DNA of 64,000 bases from positions 124,272,653 through 124,336,652 of the forward strand of contig NC_052162.1 of NCBI RefSeq assembly GCF_902713615.1. Reading direction: 5' to 3'. The DNA comes from Scyliorhinus canicula. Lineage: Eukaryota. Position 1 is the first letter of the stretch, and each line of letters begins with the position of its first letter. The notes below the pieces were generated by a model, which did no database searches, was not told the origin of the DNA, and saw nothing but the letters and a program-made list of their open reading frames with translations. The translations under genes and the position numbers were made by a program. Positions 1-11,606 of the stretch are shown here, piece by piece.

Positions 1-436
<436 letters not shown>

Positions 437-1154
437 GTTTTGTGTCTCCCTGTATCTCTCCAGGTCAGACAATCCGTTGAAGCCTCGTCCACACACAGAA
501 CACGTGTACGGTCTCTCCCCGCTGTGAATGGTGCGATGTTTTTTCAAGCTGTGTAACTGGTTAAAGCCCTTTCCACAGTCAGTGCTCTGGAACACTCTCA
601 CTCGGGTGTGTGTGTCTCAGTGCTTTTCCAGTCACACGGATGCTTCAAATATTCTGAAATAGACAGAACAAACAAATATTTCTACTGAGAGATTCAAAGA
701 ATCGTGATATTCAGATCCCAAGGAATTGAGTGACTGTCAGATCGAGACGTGACGTTTGAGATTTCTGTCTGTAATTCCTCCTCTTCTAATATCCTGTAAA
801 AGGAATGTACAAACATGATCACTGTCAGTACAGGACAGAAATCAGGAACAGCCAATTCAAGCTTCTATGGAACATTCTTTCCTCTCTCATTCACCACAAG
901 CTGTCAATCTCCATCCATCCCACACCCTCTCTCTATTCTATCCACTCTCTGCTGTATCTAATATTTACCCTCCCAATTATCTTGAAGGTGCTGATTCAGG
1001 CTGATTGACAGATCCATTCAGCCCATTGAGAATACTCAACTAAATATTCAATGGGATCATTGGCCGACCTACCTCAGCACCATTTCCCCACACTATCGCC
1101 CATGTCCCTTGATATCCTCAATATGTAGAAACCTATCAATCTTTGTCTTCAAAT

Positions 1155-1380
1155 GGGCGGCATGGTGGCACAGCGGTTAGCACTGCTGCCTCAAGGCACT
1201 GAGGATCCGGGTTTGATCCCTGCTCCGGGTCACTGTCCATGTGGAGTTTGCATATTCTCCCCATGAATGCGTGGGTCTCACCCTCACAACCCAAAGATGT
1301 GCAGCGTAGGTGGATTGGCCACGCTAAATTGCCCCTCATTTGGAAAAACAAAAGAATTGGGTACTCTACATTTTAAAAAA
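1155..1380 (+). mobile_element. tRNA-derived V-SINE (HE1-like), A-rich-tail subfamily
   Basis: A/B-box-like head, core gggtcactgtc..tggagtttgca..ggtggattggccacgctaaattgccc repeated about 12 times in the window. Confidence 0.8.
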
Positions 1381-1502
1381 GAGAAAACCAAAACCTGTCT
1401 TGAAAATACTTGGTGACTGAGGCTCCCACAACCTCTGGGGTAAAGAATTCCAAAGCTTCAACACATCCTCGAGTGAAGAAATGCCTCCTCATCTCAGCTT
1501 TA

Positions 1503-1852
1503 TAGAACATAGAACAGTACAGCACAGAACAGGCCCTTCGGCCCTCGATGTTGTGCCGAGCAATGATCACCCTACTCAAACCCACGTATCCACCCTATAC
1601 CCATAACCCAACAACCCCCCCCCCCCCCTAACCTTACTTTTGTAAGGACACTACAGGCAATTTAGCATGGCCAATCCACCTAACCCGCACATCTTTGGAC
1701 TGTGGGAGGAAACCGGAGCACCCGGGAGGAAACCCACGCACACACGGGGAGGACGTGCAGACTCCGCACAGACAGTGACCCAGCCGGGAATCGAACCTGG
1801 GACCCTGGAGATGTGAAGCATTTATGCTAACCACCATGCTACCGTGCTGCCC
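1503..1852 (-). mobile_element. V-SINE (HE1-like), CR1-type (atgttct)n tail
   Basis: Full head gggcagcacggtagcatggtggttagc..ggttcgattccc, V core and tail; near-identical to 29842-30188. Confidence 0.85.
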
Positions 1853-2189
1853 AAGAGAGAGCTTTCTCTCCATTCTCTTGCCTGTTCCCAGAACCCTCGA
1901 CTCCTTCGTCAATCAGAAATCTGTCTGGGAGCGGATTATGTGAAGCGGATGCGGGCGTAGCTATTTCCCCGCAGATTCTGGCATCATTCTCCTATAATCA
2001 TTCATTGTAATCATTCACTTCCACAACTTGAACGATCGCCAGAAGATCCTGAAGACGGGTTAGGGAGGTGAGACCTGGCTCCATGAGGGAGTGAGAATTG
2101 TCTTTATTCAGGACTTTTCGGCAGCCATGCAAATGAAGCATCGAGACTTTGTTGAAGTTGGAAGAGAACTAAAGGCTGCCAGTCATGCT

Positions 2190-2500
2190 TTGATAATAAT
2201 AATCTTTTATTGTCACAAGTAGGCTTACACATTAACACTGCAATTAAGTTATTGTTTAAAGCCCCTTATCATCACATTCTGGCGCCTGTTTGGGTCACAG
2301 AGGGAGAATTCAGAATGTCCAAATTACCTAATAGTACGTCTTTCGGGACTTGTGGGAGGAAAGCCGGAGCACTCGGAGGAAACCCACGCAAACATGGGGA
2401 GAACGTGCAGACTCCACACAGACAGTGACCCAAGCCAGGATTCAAACCTGGGACCCTGGCGTTTTGAAGCCATAGTGCTAACCACTATGCTACGGTGCTG
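2190..2500 (-). mobile_element. V-SINE with gtgacaataa..(tta)n tail
   Basis: V core plus the tail shared with the short SINE family at 37915, 40477 and 60335. Confidence 0.75.
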
Positions 2501-3562
2501 CACAATCCAGAAAATTGTATCCAACCAGTCTTTCGATAATCCAACTACTGCCATGGCCTTTGTTAAATCCATGAAGGGCAAGGATTTGGAGGGATGGTTT
2601 GCAGCTCGGACTAACTCAGGCTCTAATCCGAACTCTTTCCCTATCATGGTGTTGTTGTCTGAATTTGTTATCTTTTGTAATAATAATCCCTTATTGCCAC
2701 AAGTAGGCTTCAATGAAGTGACTGTGAAAAGCCCCTAGTCTTTTATCCCGTTGAAGGGAGTTATTATTTTGTGATCGAATGTCTTCTTCTTCTCCTCATA
2801 TTATCTTATTCCAGTTATGGTAAATGTGCTGTGTGCTGATTAGCCTTCATCTTTCTTCGATTATCCGTGTGTTTATCATGGCAGAACTGAGAGGCACCAT
2901 TGCCGAAGGGTGGGTGGTGGTGGATGCAGGTCTTCACGGGTGGGTCTAAAATGTGGGAGGGCCGTTCGATCCCCATTTCCTTGTTGGCCCTTCTTTTCTT
3001 CTCCCCATTTTGGAGAAGGTATCCTGAGGGTAATGACAGTCTGGCCGTGGGGTTAATCCTCTGGGTCCTCAGTCTTACTGAGGAATGTCCCCTTGGATCT
3101 ATTGTGGTCATGATTATTTTGTAGTTTTGTTATTATGGGAGGGTTTCTGTGTTGTTGACTTTATCCTACTCTGGTACAGACGGGGCTTTTATCTGTGAAA
3201 GGAGCAGTTTGGGGAAACTTTGGTGCCTCTGGTGTAAAGTGAGTTGTAGGAGGGGGGTAATGACGGACGCCCGATTGTGACGTGAAAAACTGTTCCTGTT
3301 CTCTCTGTCGTCTAATTAATGGCGGCAGTAATCTTCACATTTTCTCAGGGAATGTACAGGGCATCTATCACCCTATCAGAAGAAAATATATCCTCTCCTT
3401 TCTTGAGAAAGTTGATAGAGCTTTATTGTTGTAAACTCATCTGGATGATGAGGAACACTTTAAATTGATGTTGGATTGGGTGGAGCCATTTTCTTCCCCT
3501 CCGTTTCATTACAGTAAGAAGTCTTACAACACCAGGTTAAAGTCCAACAGGTTTGTTTCAAA

Positions 3563-3597
3563 CACGAGCTTTCGGAGCACGGCTCCTTCTTCAGGTG
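3563..3597 (-). ncRNA. Mirror copy of the minimal hammerhead motif
   Basis: Exact reverse complement of 4364-4398 in the left arm. Confidence 0.7.
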
Positions 3598-4363
3598 AAT
3601 GGAAAGGCTTGTTCCAGAAATGTTTATATAGACACAGTCAGAGATGCCCCGGAATGCGAGCACCTGCAGGCAATCAAATCATCAAAGATGCAGAGAGAGA
3701 GGTAACTCCAGGTTAAAGAGGTGTGAATTGTCCCAAGCCAGTTCAGTCGGTAGGCCTCTGCAAGTCCAGGCTTGTTGGTGGGGGCCGAATGTAATGCGAC
3801 ATGAATCCCAGATCCCGGTTGAGTCCGCATTCATGCGTGCGGAACTTAGCTATAAGTTTTTGCTCAGCAATTTTGCGTTGTCGCGTCTCCTGAAGGCCTC
3901 CTTGTAGAATGCTGACCCGGAGATCAGAGGCTGAATGTCCTTGACTGCTGAAGTGTTCCCCAACTGGAAGGGAACAGGCAGGACTGTTCCCTTCCAGTTG
4001 GGGAACACTTCAGCAGTCAAGGACATTCAGCCTCTGATCTCCGGGTCAGCATTCTACAAGGAGGCCTTCAGGAGACGCGACAACGCAAAATTGCTGAGCA
4101 AAAACTTATAGCTAAGTTCCGCACGCATGAATGCGGACTCAACCGGGATCTGGGATTCATGTCGCATTACATTCGGCCCCCACCAACAAGCCTGGACTTG
4201 CAGAGGCCTACCGACTGAACTGGTTTGGGACAATTCACACCTCTTTAACCTGGAGTTACCTCTCTCTCTGCATCTTTGATGATTTGATTGCCTGCAGGTG
4301 CTCGCATTCCGGGGCATCTCTGACTGTGTCTATATAAACATTTCTGGAACAAGCCTTTCCATT

Positions 4364-4398
4364 CACCTGAAGAAGGAGCCGTGCTCCGAAAGCTCGTG
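4364..4398 (+). ncRNA. Minimal type I hammerhead ribozyme motif of the Penelope pseudo-LTR
   Basis: CAC-CUGAAGA-A-GGAGC(cgu)GCUCC-GAAA-GC-UC-GUG: core boxes, stem II, palindromic AGCU stem III, CAC/GUG stem I. Confidence 0.7.
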
Positions 4399-5104
4399 TT
4401 TGAAACAAACCTGTTGGACTTTAACCTGGTGTTGTAAGACTTCTTACTGTGCTCACCCCAGTCCAACGCCGGCATCTCCACATCATGGCTCCGTTTCATT
4501 AAGTAGCAGGGGTGTGGTAATCCTTATCAATAAAATTATCCCTTTTAAGGTTGAAACGTCCTCCATGTTCAAAGGTGGTAGATCAAAGGTGATCATTTGA
4601 GGTTCGGTGCATGGAGATGTTGCAATGATGAATATTTATGGTCCCCAAATTACTCCCCAGAGTTCATTACAAAGGCTTTTGTGGATTTTGAGAGTTAGCT
4701 TTTGTGGTTGGTGACTTCAACTGCCACTTAAATCCTCCGGTAGACAAGCTCCCGGTTACCAGGAACCACCACCCCACACCCCTTTCTCCTCCCCCTACCA
4801 TATATTTGTCCGATATGAATTTACTGTCCCCTTAAATGTCAGCCATCTCCTGGGGAAAGCAGCCCTTTAATTGTGAACATTAGGAAAGAGACCATCCTTT
4901 TAGCAAGACAAATAAATGTGTCACGCTGAGGGAGCAAAGGGTGTCACTATCTTTCAGACAGCCAGAAGGAGAGACCTGGGCCAAGCTTTGCAGAGTCTGC
5001 ACCCTCCCTGGATTCACTTCCTTTCCCTTCAGTTGCTGGAAGTGACCAATTGAAGGTCAGAATTAGGAAAGAAATGGAAAGGGGGTGAAAAGTGTTTTAC
5101 CCAC

Positions 5105-6061
5105 AGATGTTGGAGTCAGGAGGAGGTTTCAGTCAGTGTGAAGCTCAATCTTCATTCACAAATAAATTAACCTGGTGAGACTTCTTACCGTGCGGCATTC
5201 ACAAAACCGGCGCTCTGATTGGCTGGAAGACCAGAGTCCTTCCGGTTCTCCTACTCTTTTCATTGGTCAATGTCAGCAGAGGGTGTGCACTGTCTTGGAC
5301 ATGCGCAGTCCCAGACCGGGGGAGAGGCGGGGAACACCGAGCGGCTTCTCGGTCTGGTCGGAGCCGTCAGTCGGCTGCCGGGAATCCTTGTCTCAAGGAG
5401 GTGCAGGGCGAGGAGGTAAAAAGAGTGGGGGTGGAGCTCCCGATTCCGGACACCGGACCTGCGCACTGGAACCCTGAGACGTCACCGCGATTCCTCTTGG
5501 CTGTTTCAGGCCTTGCTGCATTGTGACGTCACAGAGGCGGTCCCAGAACGCATGGTCTTTTATGGGACACACTGCGGATTGGCCATCAGCTCAGTGCGTC
5601 CGGCGGTGAAACCCCGCCCACACCTACGTGCGCCTGGTTATCGCTCTCCCCCCCCCCCCCCCACCCATCCCATTGATGGCATTTGGAGATTGACCAATGG
5701 GAACCTACGGAGGACCGGAGGTAATTTGGGCTTCCAGCAAACCAGGAGTGGATAGCACTGTGGCGTCACAGCGCCAGGGTCCCAGGTTCGATTCCCGGCT
5801 GGGTCACTGTCTGTGCGGAGTCTGTACATTCTCCCCATGTCTGTGTGGCTTTCCTCTGGGTGCTCCAGTTTCCTCCCACAATCCAAAGACGTGCAGGTTA
5901 GGTGGATTGGCCATGCTAAATTGCCCTTAGTGACCAAAAAAGGTTAGGCGGGGTTATTGGGTTACAGGGATAGGGTGGAAGTGAGGGCTTAAGTGGGTCG
6001 GTGCTGACCCGATGGGCCGAATGGCCTCCTTCTGCACTGTATGTTCTAAGCCCGCTCCCTG
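5105..6061. promoter_or_regulatory. P1: bidirectional CpG-rich promoter and first exons of ZNF-A (-) and ZNF-B (+)
   Basis: ATTGG boxes, CATGCGCA, perfect CRE TGTGACGTCACA 5522-5533, GC box; leftward donor catct|GTGGGT at 5104, rightward donor cctg|GTGAGC at 6062. Confidence 0.7.
5745..6047 (+). mobile_element. V-SINE inside P1
   Basis: B box ggttcgattccc, V core, atgttct tail. Confidence 0.8.
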
Positions 6062-6784
6062 GTGAGCAGGCCGCGAATCCCCAGGGAAAAGATTTTTACT
6101 CGGCTCCAAAAATCCAGACCTCAGTTCTCACCCTGGAAACTAGGAAAGGTCTTTGTATTTACTACGCTGATGCTCCACCTCTTCAAATCCTCTCTCTGGA
6201 GACTCGGCCTCAAATCCCCGAGGTCAGGGTTTTGTACTTACTGCTCCAGCACTCCACCCTCCGAGTCCACACCCTGGAGGCTAGGTATGGCGAAATAGGT
6301 ATTAGAGACTAGGTATTGGGTAATGGGAGAGAAAAAAATGTTCTCTAGAAATGAGAATTCTCTGTTCTGAATTTCTATCCTGTACTGACTGTGAAGTCTT
6401 CTGTAAACTCCTTTTACAGGATATTAGAAGAGGAGGAATTACAGACAGAAATCTCAAATGTAACGTCTCGATCTGACAGAGTCATCCGATTCCTTGGGAT
6501 CTGAATATCAACGGCCTTTGAATCGAGAAGGGGAAGGAAAAATGTTTGTCCGATCTGTCGGCAACAAAAGATTTTAAATATAATTGTGACTGGAAAAGCA
6601 CCGAGACACACACACCCGAGTGAGAGTGTTCCAGAGCACTGACTGTGGAAAGAGCTTTAACCAGTCACACAGCCTGAAAAAACATCACACCATTCACAGC
6701 GGGGAGAGACCGTACACGTGTCCTGTGTACGGACGAGGCTTCAACTGATATTCTGACCTGAAGAGATTCGAGGAGACCTAAAAC

Positions 6785-7636
6785 ATGGAGAAACCGTGGA
6801 TATGTGGGGATTGTGGGAAGGGATTCAGTGCCCCATCTCAACTGGAGATTCATCGACGCATTCACACAGGGGAGAGGCCGTTCACCTGCTCTGTATGTGA
6901 GAAGGGATTCACTCAGTTATCCCACCTACTTACACACCAGCGAGTTCACAGTGGGGAGAAGCCATTCACCTGCTCTCAGTGTGGGAAGGGATTCAGTGAT
7001 CCATCCGGCCTGCGGTCACACCAGCGCGTTCACACTGGGGAGAGGCCATTCAGCTGCTCTCAGTGCGAGAAGAGATTCAGTGATTCATCCACCCTGCGGA
7101 CACACCGCCGGGTTCACACAAGGGAGAGGCCGTTTAGCTGCTCTCAGTGTGGGAAGGGATTCACTCATTTATCCTATCTGAATGCACACCAGCTAGTTCA
7201 CTCTGGGGTGAGGCCATTCACCTGCTCTCAGTGTCAGAAGGAATTCACTCAGTTATCCCACCTACAGACACACCAGCGGGTTCACACTGGGGAGAAGCCG
7301 TTCACCTGCTCTCAATGTGGGAAGGGATTCAGTCAATTATCCAGCCTGCAGACACACCAGAGGGTTCACACTGGGGAGAAGCCGTTCACCTGCTCTCAAT
7401 GTGGCAAGGGATTCAGTCAGTTATCCAGCCTGCAGAGACACCAGCGAGTTCACACTGGGGAGAAGCCGTTCACCTGCTCTCAGTGTGGAAACAAATTCAC
7501 TGAGTTATCCAGCCTGCAGACACACCAGCGAGTTCACACCGGGGAGAGGCCGTTCACCTGCTCTCGATGTGGGAAGGGATTCACTACATTATCCAGCCTG
7601 CGGAGACATCAGCGAGTTCACACCGGGGAGAGTTAG
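6785..7636 (+). CDS. ZNF-B: 283-aa C2H2 protein, 10 fingers, no effector domain
   Basis: Intact ORF of CxxC..HxxxH units with TGE(K/R)PF linkers; aacATGG; acceptor cttttacag|G at 6419/6420. Confidence 0.92.
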   Translation: MEKPWICGDCGKGFSAPSQLEIHRRIHTGERPFTCSVCEKGFTQLSHLLTHQRVHSGEKPFTCSQCGKGFSDPSGLRSHQRVHTGERPFSCSQCEKRFSDSSTLRTHRRVHTRERPFSCSQCGKGFTHLSYLNAHQLVHSGVRPFTCSQCQKEFTQLSHLQTHQRVHTGEKPFTCSQCGKGFSQLSSLQTHQRVHTGEKPFTCSQCGKGFSQLSSLQRHQRVHTGEKPFTCSQCGNKFTELSSLQTHQRVHTGERPFTCSRCGKGFTTLSSLRRHQRVHTGES

Positions 7637-7840
7637 CTCAGTTGGCTGGATAGCTGGTTTGTGATGCGTAGCGACTCTGACATCAGGGGTTCAACTCCTG
7701 TACCGGCTGAGGTTATCCATGAAGGCCTCACCTTCTCAGCATTGCCCCTCGCCTGTGGTGTGGTGACCCTCAGATACAATCACCACCAGTCAGCTCACTC
7801 TGTCAAAGGGGAAAGCAGTCTCTGGGACTTTGGTGACTCT
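7626..7840 (+). mobile_element. tRNA-derived SINE supplying the ZNF-B stop codon
   Basis: A box TAGCTCAGTTGG, B box GGTTCAACTCC; same family at 51888-52102 (-) and free-standing at 58997-59192. Confidence 0.8.
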
Positions 7841-7866
7841 TATTTCACACAAATACAACAAACATA

Positions 7867-8270
7867 GATTCCTTTAAGGAGCAAATATCCAACAGGAAAA
7901 GAGATACAACCGTGACTAACAAGAAAAGTTAAAAGTTCCATTCGATCAAAGGAAGGGCCTCATTAAGTGGCCAAAATAGTGTTAACCCTGAGGATTGGGA
8001 ACGTATTTTAGAATTCAGCAAAGGAGGACCAAGAAACTGATCAAGAGAAAATAGAATATGAGAGCAAACTGGCGAGAAACATAAAAAACGACTGGAAAAG
8101 CACCTATAGGAATGTGAAAAGGAAAAGATTAGCAAAGACCAATGTGGGTCCATTCCAGGCAGAGACAGGAGAGTTTATAATGGGGAATAAGGAAATGGCA
8201 GAGAAACTAAACAATGTGTGTCTGTCTTCACGGAGGAAGATACAGAAATTATCCCAAAAACACGAGAGAA
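7867..8270 (+). mobile_element. CR1 LINE fragment downstream of ZNF-B
   Basis: KRKRLAKTNVGP..ETGEFIMGNKEMAEKLN remnant; same piece at about 9605, 39990 and 51860(-). Confidence 0.7.
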
Positions 8271-8339
8271 CCACGAAGCTCAGAGTGCACAGGAGGCCAT
8301 TCTGCCCAACCGGCTCATGCAGCTTCTACTTTTTATGGT

Positions 8340-9600
8340 CCGTGTCCTGCAGAAGAAGCGGCAACCCTGGATCTGTCAAATGGCCTGAATCAGCACCTTC
8401 AGGAGAATTGGGAGGGTGAATATTAGATACAGCAGAGTTAGAATGGAGGGAGAGTGTGTGGGATGGAGATTTACAGATTTTGGGGATGAGAGAGGAAAGA
8501 ATGTTCCAGAGAAACTACAATTGTCTGTTCTGAGTTTCTATCCTGTACTGACAGTGATGTATTTTGTAAATACATCATACCATTGACAGCGAGGAGAGAC
8601 CGTACACGTGTTCTCTGTGTGGGTAAGGCTTCAATTGTCTCATCTAGGGAGACACAAGGAGACCCAAAACATGGAGAAACAGTGGAAATACCGGGATTGT
8701 GGGAAGGGATTCAAAGCCCCATCTGCACTGGAAGCTCATCGGTGCATTCACACTGGGAGAGGCCATTCAGCTGCTCTCAGTGTGGGAAAGGATTCAGTCA
8801 GTCATTCACCCTGCAAACACACCAGAGGGTTCAGACTGGGGAGAGGCCATTGAACTGCTCTCAGTGTGGGAAGAGATTCAATCAATCAGCCAGACTGACG
8901 TCCCACCAGCTACTTCACACAGAGGAGAAGCCGTTCACCTGCTCTTAGTGTGGGAAAGGATTCAGACATTTATCCACCCTGCGGAGACATCATCCAGTTC
9001 ACCCCGGAGAGTGAGCATTCACCTGCTCTCAATGTGGGAAGTGATTGTCAGTCATTCACCCTGCAAACACACCAGAGGGTTCACACTGAGGAGAGGCCAT
9101 TCAGCTGCACTCTGTGGGAAGAGATTCTGTGTTTCCTTCTACCTGCTGAGTCACCAACAAGGTCACAAGGGATTACAGGGGTTGGATTCTGCTGTTATTG
9201 TTTCTGCTCTCAATTACACCCGGAACAGCATTGTGTTCATTCTGTCAGTTGGTCAATGGGGAGGGTCGGAGGGTTTATTTCTGCTGGACTGGCCGGTCTC
9301 ACGACTTTGCTTCCAGTGGGCTGATGCTCTTGAGCGTTGTGGCAAATACTTGGCTTCAAATTTCACAAGGATCACAGAGTGAAAGGGTGTTTGGCAGGTA
9401 GATGACGTATAGTTCCTGTTTCTGTTTGGAACCCCAAAGCATGCAGTTCAGATGAAGATAGGCTATGGTGGTTACATGGTTCTGTCTCAGAAGGAACCTG
9501 TCAAGCTGTGGAGGGGCAAGTTGATTGGGAACTTACATTAAAATGTGTAATGATACACAGGCAATCGCATTTAAGGAATGATCACATATTTACATAAAAT
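8340..9600 (+). pseudogene. ZNF-C pseudogene (middle exon, MEKQW start at 8671, decayed fingers, family 3'UTR)
   Basis: Frameshift near 8755, TAG at 8946-8948, further indels; 3'UTR homologous to ZNF-E and ZNF-G. Confidence 0.85.
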
Positions 9601-9700
9601 ATAGATTCATTTAAGAAACAAAAATCCAACAGGAAAAGTGACGCAACCGTGGTGAACAAGAAAAATTAAAGATTCCATTAGGTCAAAGGAAGAGTCTCAT

Positions 9701-10499
9701 TGATAGATTACAGATTTATTGCTTCACTGATTTATTGGTAACCTTTAAGAATTAATGCAGTATAATTCTTCAATTCAGTATACATACAGACAGAAAAGGG
9801 AATATCCACAAGGCAAAGTCGTTGTTTCAGATAAAAATATGAGAATTGCTGTACAGCAACTTAATATGTGTCAGAATCTAACACTGTTTCAAGAAAAGTT
9901 GCATAGAAGCCCTCATAATGAATAAAGCATTGTTCTACAAATACATCTCGTAATGAAAAAGTATCGGAGCCTTAGCAACACAAACATTTACAAATAGTAG
10001 CAAAGCCTTAGCAACAAGCAATGTTAATGCAGAACACCTTATCTTCAGAGGATTGGTGCACGTGGCGGGAGCATGTAGACATTTAATTAATTTGACAGAC
10101 ATGAATGAATCTTAAGTAATGACCAATGCCTGGATAACAAATCATGCTCCAAGTGACAGAGTTTTTTGAATAAATCAGGAAGCCTCAGCTGAGAATTTGA
10201 AACCAATAAGGGGTTAGACCATTGATAAGAATTTCTTTAAGAATAAAGTTTCTTGATTAAAGTTTGTTCTGTATTCATGCTTTAAGACATTCTGAACCAT
10301 CTATTGATTTCCTAATATTGCCTTATATTTTTGTTTAACTCTCTTTATTATATTTTGATGTATTATTTGATGTGAATTTTGATTTATTTTAATGTAAGAG
10401 AATCAAGGTGGATAATTAGCAATAAAGTTGTATTTTTAGACACCTCCAATCAACCAAATCTTGGGCTCATTTTTGAAGATAAAATAAGAGATCTTATCA
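9701..10499 (+). mobile_element. Solo LTR
   Basis: TGATAGAT..ATCTTATCA termini, 5-bp TSD ctcat (9696-9700, 10500-10504), AATAAA near 10421; splits a CR1 fragment. Confidence 0.75.
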
Positions 10500-11606
10500 C
10501 TCATATCGTTGCCAAAATAAGTGAAACCCCGAGGTTTGGGAACTTGTTTTAGAAGAAACTCATGAAGAGAAAATAGAATATGAGAGCAGACTGTCTAGAA
10601 ACATAAAAAACGACTGGAAAAGCTCCTATAGGAATGTGAAAAGAAAAAGATTAGCAAAGACCAATGTGGGTCCATTCCAGGGAGAGACAGGAGAGTTTAT
10701 AATGGGGAGTAAGGAAATGGCAGAGAAACTAAACAATGTGTGTCTGTCTTCACAGAGGAAGATACAGAAATTGTCCTAAAAACACCAGAGAACCAAGGGA
10801 CCAGTGAGCACGAGGAACTGAAAGAGATTCGTATTAGTGAAAAAGCAGTACTGGAGAAATTAATGTGATTGAAAGTTAATAAATCCCCAAAAGCTGATGC
10901 TCTACATCCCAGAGTGTTGAAAGAGGCGGCTGTAGAGATAGTGGATACATTGGTGATCATCTTTCAAAATTCTGTAGATTCTGGAATGGCCATTCAGCCC
11001 GTCAAGCCTGCTCCACCATTTAATACGATCATGGCTGATCATCCACTTCAATGCCTTTTTCCCCACACTATCCCCATATCCCTTTGTGTTATTGGTATTT
11101 AGAAATCTGTCAGTCTCTGAGGACTTCCGGTGGCGGCGATGTCCGAGTGAGCCGCACATTCGGTGGGCTCTCACTCCGGCGGGCCTGAACAGCTGTTTCC
11201 CCGCGATAGCGGGACCACGGAGGCGGCAGAAAGGCTGCCGGGAATAGAAGAGGAGAGCGGGCTGCAGAAAATGAAAGTGTGGGAGGCCAGCAGGTGAGGA
11301 AGAAAGAGAGAGAGACGGAGGCAAGGAGGAAGCTGACCTGAAGGGTAAGATGGCGGACCCACGGACCTTCCTTCCTCCAGGACAAAGGGAAAAAAAAGTT
11401 TGGAGTTGCTGAGGAGGGACAGCTTGGACCCACTTCAGATGCCCAGGAGGGGGGAAAAATTTAAGGTGCTGGGCAAAGGAAAGCGGCAGCGAAGGCGCTG
11501 AGGAGCGGGCTGCGGCATATGGAACAGCGGGATTCCAGAAGGCAGAAGAAGAAGGAGAAAAAAGGGACAGAGACAAGGACCTGAAGAAAATTACCTGGGA
11601 CCTAAG

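Larger units (their letters stand above)
3511..4488. mobile_element. Penelope-like element inserted as a long inverted repeat
   Basis: Arms 3511-3977 and 3984-4450, 6-nt spacer gcagga; right arm translates QDCSLPVGEHFSSQGHSASDLRVSILQGGLQETRQRKIAEQKLIAKFRTHECGLNRD (GIY-YIG C-terminus); TSD ctccgtttcatt at 3499-3510 and 4489-4500. Confidence 0.9.
1920..4790 (+). mobile_element. Decayed L1 (ORF1 end, spacer, APE endonuclease start), interrupted by SINEs and Penelope
   Basis: IQDFSAAMQ..RDF..V ORF1-like remnant near 2107; endonuclease remnants HPIRRK..THL..WV (3340-3510) rejoin SSRGVVILINK..NIYGP..GDFNCHL (4501-4730). Confidence 0.65.

Noticed and set aside
3511-4450. Assembly fold-back artefact
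   Set aside because: A flanking TSD, an asymmetric 38-nt extension, one arm mismatch and continuity of the interrupted L1 support a real insertion.
6746-6748. Conserved UGA as selenocysteine or programmed readthrough
   Set aside because: It sits at a helix position, not a Cys. B has a second in-frame TAA (6779-6781), other paralogs have further stops and indels upstream, and no SECIS was recognised.
7626-7710. tRNA genes here and at other A/B-box sites
   Set aside because: Heads run into SINE bodies and tails and do not form complete cloverleaves.
10902-11576. Antisense L1 5'UTR ORF (ORF0-like) and other GC-rich shadow ORFs
   Set aside because: Non-ATG or low-complexity, crosses the element boundary, and is not conserved in the other L1s.
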